Of a stretch of 64,000 bases of DNA, positions 28,684-38,151 are shown piece after piece (the stretch's first letter is position 1; each line of letters starts with the position of its first letter). The stretch is taken from contig NC_081333.1 of assembly GCF_022539665.2 (NCBI RefSeq), positions 2,418,001 to 2,482,000 on the forward strand, in the 5' to 3' direction. Source of the DNA: Daphnia carinata. Lineage: Eukaryota. The notes under the pieces were generated by a model. It made no database searches, was not told the DNA's origin, and saw only the letters and a program-made list of their open reading frames with translations. The position numbers and the translations under genes were made by a program.

Positions 28684-28944
28684 GTAAAACAATATACAAG
28701 TATAAAATTACTTCAGAAAATATCCAGGTATTACACGTTGTTCCTTGTCTAAGTTCAAGAATTCAAGAAGTGTAATAAATACTAATTGAATACTAACAGA
28801 TAAGCGATACAACGGTGGCAAAAACCATAAAAATTAATTGAGCAAGCTAAATAAAAAAAAAAGTTGATAAATGTAATGTGTGAACAAAGCGAACACAGAC
28901 AATGAAAGAAAAAATTTTTGCAAAAAACATTTTATAAAAAAAAA

Positions 28945-29362
28945 TTTATTGACAATTCTCTGCACATTACAATTATTTTTGCAACTTTAAAAAGGCACAA
29001 TAGCCCTTTCAAAAGCTGCCGTCAACCCAGGCAGGGGGAGACACTGCCTTGTTGACCCACCGGGGAGATTACCCGGTGATTGGCTAAGAGAAGCCGGAAG
29101 AAGAGCTGAAGATTTGGAACATTTTTACAGGAGCGATTAACCTTTAGTTCGGATTTGTGGGCAGCCACGTCACCCTCCATGAACACATCATCGGACGAAG
29201 CGGCACCCCACGTCCCCTTTCCGGCCAGAGCCCTCCAAACCTCGGTATATGTTGTTTTTATATATACCGTACAGTAGGGGCATGACCCCCTACGGGCTTA
29301 TTACGAGTCAAGGGGAAACGGGGCTACGGAAAGGAAGGGAGCCCAGATATGCACTTCAATTT
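28945..29362. other. GC-rich, hairpin-rich 418-bp core, right (inverted) copy
   Basis: Reverse complement of 27699-28116 with one mismatch (29016). Confidence 0.6.
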
Positions 29363-29593
29363 CTGAATTTTAAATACCGTTTGGGGAATATGAATTAAGT
29401 GTAGAACTTCCATGTAGTGTATCCAAACGTAAAAATTAATTCATGACCTTGCCCCAAACAAGAAACCTTTTCAGATCAAAATTTATTGTTCATCTATGAG
29501 ACAATAAAACACCATTAGCATAAAAACTCTTAATTCACATGTATAGTTCGTACCTTACATGATTCGTGAGTTGATTGCGAGCATATTCTTCTG

Positions 29594-30452
29594 TCAGAAC
29601 TATAAAGAATTGCTGTTGTAACGGATTCATTAACACAAGGTGGTACTTCTCGTTAGACAATTTGCATTACTCTATTACTTTACCTCACACCTTAATGGTA
29701 ATGCACTCTCAGTGTTTTTTCAACTACAGGCTCACTCTTCCATCCTGTAACACTTCCAGACTTGACTTGAACCCCCGCTAAAATTCTGTGAATGCAAAAT
29801 AATAGCATTAAAAATACTTTTTTGATAGACAAAAACCAAAAAAGTACCTAATCCATGTTTCATGTTGAACTCGTGCCATTTCTGTGTTTCCATACCACAC
29901 CCATTTTCCGCCCAAATACAGTCCCACAATTCTTCAGTTCCTTCGCTGCATGGACTTATTACTAACAATTCTTTTAGTGCAGCACTAACAGAATTTAAAT
30001 TTAACACACTGTCAGGTGGTGGACTGAATAACTAAACAATAAATAATTGTTTGTTAAAATTCTATACTTATTTGGAATTCTTATTTGAAAAGTTTAGGCA
30101 CCTGACTGTGTTCACCTAATGCCAACTCATCCTCACGTTCAGTTAGGGATGAGTTTTGAAAAACCTCCTTCACTGTTTGAAAACTGTTTTGTTCCAATTT
30201 GTTCTTTTCCCCTAGCTGAGCTTGTAGACTCAAAAATTTGAGCTACAAAACACGAATGAATAAAAGCAAATAAATAGAATCATTACGTATTAGGCCTACC
30301 ATCCTTAGTTTTGTTGTTATCTAATATTTTGTGTTGTTCCAATAACTGGGCCTGCAGCTTCATAATTTGATCTAATAAACAATAATTAATAATTGAAAAC
30401 CAATATAATAATGTTTATACTTACCATTTTTTTGTTTTATTATCTTATCCAT
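29594..30452 (-). pseudogene. Second, 3'-truncated copy of the same unknown spliced gene, right arm
   Basis: Same exon/intron pattern. Exon 4 is open (ORF 29732-30007: LNSVSAALKELLVISPCSEGTEELWDCIWAENGCGMETQKWHEFNMKHGL), but exon 3 has a +1 frameshift (caaatttttgag vs caaattttgag) and the downstream exons are missing. Confidence 0.6.
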
Positions 30453-31817
30453 TTTTCAATTGTTCCTCCAGCCACGCGTTGTTCTCCAGCCACGCTACTC
30501 AATTAACTGCTAATGGGATACAATTAACTGAAATTGCTTACATGCTGTAATAACGAAACCGACTGATAGATGGCTACGGGTAGAAAAAAGAGAAAAAAGT
30601 GCGATTTTTTTTTTTTTTCCGCCATTTTTTTTTTTTTTTTTATGTAAAACTGATTGCCATATTGCCATAGTATAAAAGTTAAGCTGAGCATTTATTTTTT
30701 CAGCTTTTTTTTTTTTTTTTTTTTTGGTTAGAAATTAGAAAGCAAGAGGCCGCTGATGCGCATCTATACTGTCAGCTGTTTCATTTGGCATGGCGTCGAC
30801 GAGAAAGATAGATGTAATGGAGGTCTCTCATGAAAATTTCTATTTAGATTTGCTGTAATTTCAGGTATGTTTTAACATAGCTTTAACGTAGATTACTCCT
30901 TTTTGTTGCGCAGCGTTACACATTGAAGCAAATCCGTACAAAGTTCTTACAGATCTTTCTGGTAAAACTGAATTTGGAAGAATGTTAATTCCAAGCATTG
31001 AAAATTATTTAACGAAAAACCTTTGCTCGACCCTCGTTTGATTCCCAGCATGTATTTCATATTGGTAATTCAGATGCACCAATTTTGCTTGCCAGCTTTG
31101 CACAACATTTGCCATAAAAACAGTAATCATTACGTTTAATATTTCCCACACTCTTAATTGTCAAAATTTATTCAGAACTTAGAGGGTCTTTCACTATTTA
31201 TTCTTAACGGTTTTGGTTTTATAGTTGCAATTGCAGGCCTCAAGGATGTACCGAATATGCTGCATTGGCCATGGGAGCCTTTATGACAAAAGGAATGTCA
31301 TGCATGTCATGAAGGTGGGAAAAAGATATGGTTTCATTGTAAATAAAATATATCCAACATCATTCTTTTGTTTAGTGATTAATTACCTACATAAATCAAA
31401 ACATAGGGAAGTTAAATTTGAAATTGGTTGATTTCCTTCATAGTGCTAATAGATGACAAGATCTTGTACCAATGAAGATTGTTTTTCTTTCTTTCTTTAC
31501 TTAGTAATTGTATTTTGACACATTGTAGAAAGAAAGAGAATTTACTCTTAAGATTTTTAAATTCTGGTTTTTGTTTTGTTTTCATCAGTAAAAAGCGAAT
31601 GTGGTAGAGTGATAAAAGGTATTTAAAGAAAAATTTCTGATAGCTAAATTTTCAAGTGAAACGGCGAGTTCTGAGGTTAGTTGTTTTCTAAATATGGTGT
31701 GGTTCGGAATAAGTCCAAAATAATAAATAAAATACACACGAACAAGTAAATTAAATGGAATTATTTTTATTGTCCCTCCTCCACCCTACATTCCGCCACT
31801 TTTTACATATTATACAA

Positions 31818-31937
31818 TACATACATACATACATACATACATACATACATACATACATACATACATACATACATACATACATACATACATACATACATAC
31901 ATACATACATACATACATACATACATACATACATACA
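31818..31937. repeat. (TACA)30 perfect tetranucleotide microsatellite
   Basis: 120 bp of uninterrupted TACA. Explains the HTYI/MYVC ORFs. Confidence 0.98.
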
Positions 31938-31948
31938 CAACTTGTTAA

Positions 31949-32281
31949 CCCGTTGGCTGCCGTTGCCCACGCAACCCGTAGGTTGCTTCAACTACAGTAG
32001 CTACTTGTCGCGTCTGAAGGATCCCGACCAAGGGGGGACTTGTCCGAAGACAAGTCCGGGCTGGCACGGTGATAGAGGCCATTATGGGAATGCACACCCC
32101 CGGCTTTCTATCACCGTGCCGAAAAGGAGAAGGCCCTGCTGGTGCATTGCCTACGCGCGCCTAAAGGCACGAGGCCTTTAGGCGCCTTGGCGACTGTTCC
32201 CCCCATGGCCATGGGGAGAACAGCGCCCGGTCCCTAAAAGCTACAAAAAAAATGGGAGAAAACGGGGTGGCAGCCAGCGGG
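31949..32281. mobile_element. Non-autonomous piggyBac-type MITE (333 bp)
   Basis: TTAA on both sides (31945-31948, 32282-32285). Termini CCCGTTGGCTGCC / GGCAGCCAGCGGG (12/13 inverted). CCC..GGG ends with a TTAA duplication are the piggyBac signature. No transposase. Confidence 0.85.
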
Positions 32282-32407
32282 TTAACAATACAACACAACA
32301 TACAGAAATACAAAACAAAACAGTATCCGGGAAGTTCCGCGGCGAAGTCACGTTCTATCGCTATGAGTTTTTTCTTGGATTCGACTGTTCCATCGTTGTT
32401 GGTCACA

Positions 32408-32788
32408 GGCGAACGATGGCGATGAGGTGAAGACGTAGGCAGCGACGAGGCAGTGAGATGATGGCGATGAAGCGAAGGCGAAGACGGTGATGAGGCGAAG
32501 GCGAAGACGGTGATGAGGCGAAGGCGAAGAGACGAAGGCGAAGGCGAAGACGGCGAAGACGGCGAAGAGGGCGAAGAGGCGAAGAGACGAAGGCGAAGAG
32601 GCGAAGACGGCGAAGAGGCGAAGACGGCGAAGAGGCGAAGACGGCGAAGAAGCGAAGACGGCGAAGAGGCGAAGGCGGAGAGGCGAATAGGCGAAGGCGG
32701 AGAGGCGAATAGGCGAAGGCGGAGAGGCGAATAGGCGAAGACGAAGGCGAAGGCGAAGAGGCAAAGATGAAGACGGCGATGAGGCGAA
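32408..32788. repeat. Purine-rich GGCGAA/GGCGAAGA(C) low-complexity tandem repeat
   Basis: Dozens of ggcgaa, ggcgaaga and gaggcgaag variants. Lack of stops generates long spurious ORFs on both strands. Confidence 0.9.
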
Positions 32789-34379
32789 AATGAGGACTTT
32801 GTTTCTTGTTGGCCCTGCGTAAAAAATGTTAAGAAATGAGACCAATGAACAGCAATATTATCATACAGCATTACTATTTGAATTAAGATTCAGGGAAATC
32901 AAATAACAAAATTTCGAGTAAAAACAGAAGTCACAAAATGGAATACTATGGTAAGAAAGATGAACAACAGATATCTTAAACCATAATAGCTGAACTAGTG
33001 GGCTTAAGCTTGAAAGACCAAAGTCAATCCTTTTGACTTAACCCACGATCCTGCATTAGAGGTTCATTATAAAGTCTCTAGCATTAAATTAACCAAAATG
33101 TTTCTGCTATGCTCTGTGAAGAACTATCAGACAGTAAATTCCAAAAGCATAAGTATGCATTTACCAAAGCAAACTCTGGGCATTAATTGTATGCTATCTG
33201 CTGTTTCACTTATCACTTGTTAATATACCAGGCTTCCACCTGCTCAGGTCTAACAAAAAAGCCAAAAAAAATATACCTAGATAAGAACAATAGATCTGTG
33301 TTACTTACTTACTAGTTTAGATACAGAAAGCAATAGGAAAACTTTCAAAAACCACAGAGCAAAAATGTTTCCATGTTCACACAACTTAAAATGGCTGACA
33401 TGCAGACGACAGGAACTGTTCAATCCTATGGGTTTTAATCATGGCCTATTCGTAATACCCTAGCCGGAATTCCATTTTCCACTTTTTGGTAACTATTGCT
33501 TAATTGAAATGAGTGGAAAGAAGCAGTGGACAGTGGAGTTCGGTTTGATGTAATGTATAAAACTTGTGAAATTGTGTGGGAAAGGCGGAGCAATGCAAAA
33601 TCAATTCCCTTTATAAATATTTATTTATCGATTCTTAGAAATGCAGTAGTGTAAAAAACTAATCATAGTTCAAGATATTACAATTCAAACCATCATCTGA
33701 CAAACTACAAATTCTTTTACCACTTTTTCGATCTGAAATTTAGTATAACTCCGTGTAACAAAAAATAGGTAATTTTTTGGCTGTTTTCAAAGAAAACGTT
33801 TTTATATTGAAGAAGTTATGATGTAACTTCAACTGGCTATAACCGAAAAGCCGAAAAACTCAAGTCTGGCAGTTAAGTCAAAACACAGTGCGAAATCTGT
33901 AAGAGTCCTTATTAATGTCACAAAATAACATGACCGCAAATTGAACGGCTGGTTAGTTCAGAAATTGGAAAGAAAGGAATTGGAATAAGCTATTTTAAGA
34001 AAAAAAGGTTGGAGTCCGTACGGCATTTGTTTCTTCTTCGTAGGATTTTATAACAACAAATCCGATGTTTTATTGGTTTTATTGCAAATCATTTTTGGCA
34101 GAAAATGGCCAGCCCGTTTTAAACTCATAAATATAAAGAAAAACATAATAAGATTAAACATCATGAAGCCTGATCAGTAAATGACTTCTACAGCTTCCCA
34201 ATTACAAACAGGATGGAAACCATATGTACCAATGTCCATGATCATTGTTAGGTTTGTTTCACAAAAATTTTCGAAATGTTCAGAGATTACCTCCAAATGA
34301 CAAGACGTTTCATACACCTGAATTCCAGAATGAATGAATTCCAGACAACTGCAAATTGTGAATTAGGGCTTTGAGCAAA

Positions 34380-35815
34380 TCAAAGGCAGTTAAGTTTTGT
34401 GACTGCAAGGATTCGCAAAGTCTGGTCGAAGCTCGTGCTGGCTGCCAAACCCAGTTTATCGGCATTCCAACTAAAAGACGTTATAGGTTGCTCAGCTACT
34501 CCAACTTCATGAATCAGCTTCAGGTTACCAGCAATACCCTCAAGGGCACCATCAGACGCCTTAGCGCTCCTTTTTGACGGGTATTCACTAAACGAAGAAA
34601 AATGTTGATGAAATGTTATCGGTACTCTTTCGTACAGACAAGTTACTATTGCCATAAACAAAGCGATCCATTCCCGCCAGAAGTCATAAAGACATCGCGG
34701 TTCTGAGGCAAATGGTTACCACTCCAAACTGTAGATTTATGAGCCTAAAAATCGTAACTGGTTAGAATTTACATTTTTCATAGGTGTGTGAACTTAGTTA
34801 CTTTTTGTCGAGTAAAAGCGTAGCCTTTAGTAGGATGCTTGGTGGTCAAATCAAAGACAAAAATTCGAGAATCCAAAGTACAGACATTCAACTTGTTCGG
34901 TTCGATATCTTTACGGTCGAATTCTATGCTACATATCTATTTGAAAGAAAATTCAGGCTTGGGCACAAATGAGAAAAAGTTTTAGGATATCTTACGCCAT
35001 TTCCAACATTGGTTTCCCACTGAACTTTCATTGTCTTCAGGTCAAAGATTTTTAAATCACCATTATCAAATCCAGCGGCCAAAAGCCTTTCTGAAGCATT
35101 ATATGCACTCCCTTTAGAGAAATATCAACTGTTAATATTTAACTTTAAATATTGTTACAATCTACAATACCGAAGGCTACGGTCCAGCAATCACGCCGGG
35201 TTTGACCTTCTTCGGGCTCAAGAATCGCGACTGGACGATCCTTTTGGCGTACATCCCAAATTTTAACACAACCATCCCTACTGCAGGTAGCTAATTCAGC
35301 TGCTCCCTTTCCAACATTGACACCACCGACTCCATCAATATGATTAATGATTGAAGTGTGAGCACTAGCTGAGTAAACTGCAGTGTTTGGTTTCTCCAAG
35401 TCCCTAGAATAAAAAAAAAAGTCAAACCATGTAATTGGAAGATTACTAATACTTTTCATCACATTAAACTCACCAAAGATTCAGATTCCCATTAAAATCT
35501 CCAGTGGCCATTAACCGGTTTTCAAATGACGATGCTGCAAAAGTTCCACATTTCAAGGCAAAAGGTTTTTCAACCTAGTACAGATTTAGCCATTTATTTG
35601 TATAAAATAAAAAGAAAGCAATGACAATTTTATCATAATACTTCAGTAATAAGCTCAGGTACTCCTTTGCAAAGGTTATATATTTGCCACACTCCTGTTC
35701 CCCTTGGATGGGAACCTAAAACAACTAGTCGAGCACTGCTCGGGATCCATCTGACACAAAAGAGTGTAAAATTCACGGGTTTCTCGTTTAAAACAAGGAT
35801 TCTCGAATTCGTCAT
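34380..35815 (-). CDS. WDR92: WD repeat protein 92 / dynein axonemal assembly factor 10
   Basis: Seven short exons: [120 protein letters not shown]. These match the WDR92 family as I recall it. Confidence 0.93.
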
Positions 35816-35935
35816 TTTCAACGTTAAATCACGCAATCGTGCGCGTATCAATCAACCACCGCTGATTTGTGGAACAACATAAACGAAAATCCTTATGCTG
35901 ACTGCAATTTTGTTTAGACCGCTACCAATAACTAG

Positions 35936-35949
35936 GTAACCATGACAAT
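35936..35949. promoter_or_regulatory. RFX X-box-like site upstream of WDR92
   Basis: gtaaccatgacaat, imperfect match to GTNRCC-AT-RGNAAC, ~120 bp upstream of the WDR92 ATG. Confidence 0.45.
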
Positions 35950-36376
35950 AGAACGTTGTCAGGCAGAAAATTAAAATGTAAAGCCAAAAAATAATTGTCT
36001 ATACTAGTAAAGAACTAAATTTTTTTGAGCACTCTATTATTACGTACCAACATTAAAATAGTAACCATACCTTTAAAAAAAAATTGGTTTGTTTAACAAT
36101 CTTGTGCTGCCGGGCCTGAGGTACTGATTACTGAAGGTCCTTCTGCTTTTGTGCTTTTGGTCATGTACTCTATTGTTGAATATCTAGATTGTTTGATTTT
36201 TACCTAATACTGCTATACCTTATTGTCCAAATGCCTTAATTATTTGGGAGTAAAACAACTAGTTGGAAATCTAATACTGCAAGAACAAGATAAGGTGGAA
36301 TTCGTCGTGCAATCATGATTTTTTATGCCTAACTCTGCCTGGTTTCAAGACAATGTGCGTCTGAACTGGTGAAAAA

Positions 36377-37402
36377 ATGGCCCCGAAGAAGAAACCAAAT
36401 AAGCCGGTTAATAACCACCAACCTTCAGATCCAGGCCTTGTGTCCAAAATCAATTTAAACAATGAAGCTATAGATTCGACAAGCAAAAACCACAAGTTAA
36501 ATGGTCACATTTTAACTGATAAACAAATGGTTGGAGATACTGGTGTTCATTTGAATGGATGCAATGGGACTCACTTGTCTGATTCTAGTGAAAGTTCTTG
36601 TTCCAATATTCACACATCTAGTCCACAGGAGTGTACCAATTCGGAATCAGGTTCATCAGCAGAAGTGATTGGTGCCTGTTTAAACCGATTGACAATTGGG
36701 AGTGGTTCTAGCGGTCTCCCGTGTGAGAATAGTGGGGAACAACTTGCACAAGACCCTTTAGCCAACCCTTTGGTTAAACAAGTGACTTATGTACAATATC
36801 AGTCTGAGCTTCAAATGCCTGACATTATGAGGCTAATACAGAAGGATTTATCAGAGCCTTATTCAATATACACTTATCGATACTTTATACACAACTGGCC
36901 CATGTTGTGTTACCTGGTGAGTAATCAAAGATGATGCTCCTCTAGTAGGAATCAGTTTTTTTATCAACATTTTATGCAATAATGAAACATATTGAGTCAG
37001 GCAATGTATGGAGAAAAATGTGTTGGAGCAATTGTTTGTAAATTGGATGTCCATAAGAAAATTGTTCGCCGCGGCTACATTGCTATGCTAGCCGTAGACG
37101 AGAAGTACCGACAGGAAAAGATTGGTACGTGATGGTCTGAACAAGAAGAGAAAAACATCGTACTTAACATTGCAATGCCTTTTCCTAAAATCCTTCACTG
37201 TTTACCAGGTTCCAATTTAGTTATGAAAGCTATTGCTGCCATGGTTGCTGACGGAGCTGATGAAGTAGTTTTGGAAACAGAAATAACTAACGAACCGGCG
37301 CTACGTCTCTACGAGAATTTAGGCTTCGTCCGCGACAAGCGACTTTTTCGGTACTATTTAAATGGCGTAGATGCTTTACGTCTGAAATTGTGGCTTCGTT
37401 AA
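36377..37402 (+). CDS. NAA30: N-alpha-acetyltransferase 30 (NatC catalytic subunit, Mak3)
   Basis: Three exons: [96 protein letters not shown]. Confidence 0.96.
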
Positions 37403-38151
37403 AGAAAGTGAGGTAGATTCTCGTCAAATGGGAAACCTTGCCTAACTTGACTTTGTTCTCAAGGGTTTAGTTGTTCTATCTATCCCGGTTCGATCTTCCC
37501 CACTATCTGTCGCTCTTTTGTTGTTGTTTTTTAAACTGAATTGTCCTATTTTCTTTCTTCCTTCCCTTCGCCGGGATTTTCATCGCTAGTCTTGGTTGTT
37601 TACTCCCTATTACTTTCCCTTGCTATTATTCTTAATTCTTTATAATCTGTCAGTCTTGTTTTGACGGTAGCTTTTGTCCGCGCGCCTGTTGTCTCTTTCC
37701 ACCCAGAATTCGGCTATTGAGCACCGGAAATCATCTTCTTTGAAAACAATACAGCACAGATGCTGAGCGACTTTCACAAAATTGTTTTGCGTGTTTGTAC
37801 ATACATGACGGGATCATTCATAGCCCCGCGTTGAATTGCAGCCTTGTATCTTTGTATCCACATTTCTTGGAAAGCAAGTGGCAATTTTTTTTGTTGATTA
37901 TTTCTTGCGCCGCGTTCGTGCTCCACTTTGGTAAACGAACACATGGGCTGACTGATTTTTTTTATAGTATGCCTTCTTCCTTTATGTTATCATTACTATA
38001 ATTTTTTTCAAGTTTCTTTGTTCTCCAGAATGAGCCCAACATCATCTTTGAATAATCGTCCTTCAAATTGGGGCAGTTGTTTATAATTTTTGATGTGCAA
38101 GTGAATACACTATCCGGATGACGCGAGTGTACTATATTGCCAATTTTTTTT

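Larger units (their letters stand above)
26037..30661. repeat. 4.6-kb inverted duplication / foldback structure (arms ~26037-28356 and ~28622-30661)
   Basis: Ends tatggcaatc (26037) / gattgccata (30661). Arms align as reverse complements throughout. Left-arm 27095-27490 is absent from the right arm. Central spacer ~265 bp. Confidence 0.95.

Noticed and set aside
29027..29045. ccaggcagggggagacac resembling the 5' region of U1 snRNA
   Set aside because: Lacks ATACTTACC, the U1-70K loop and an Sm site.
29134..29146. TAACCT as a possible TTAGG telomerase RNA template in the conserved core
   Set aside because: Only 6 nt (barely more than one repeat). No pseudoknot or H/ACA domain could be identified.
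32063..32120. tatcaccg inverted pair resembling a phage operator
   Set aside because: Lies inside a eukaryotic MITE. Short coincidental similarity.
32161..32871. 236-aa and 165-aa ORFs over the GGCGAA repeat
   Set aside because: Open only because the repeat has few stops. The longer ORF runs into MITE sequence.
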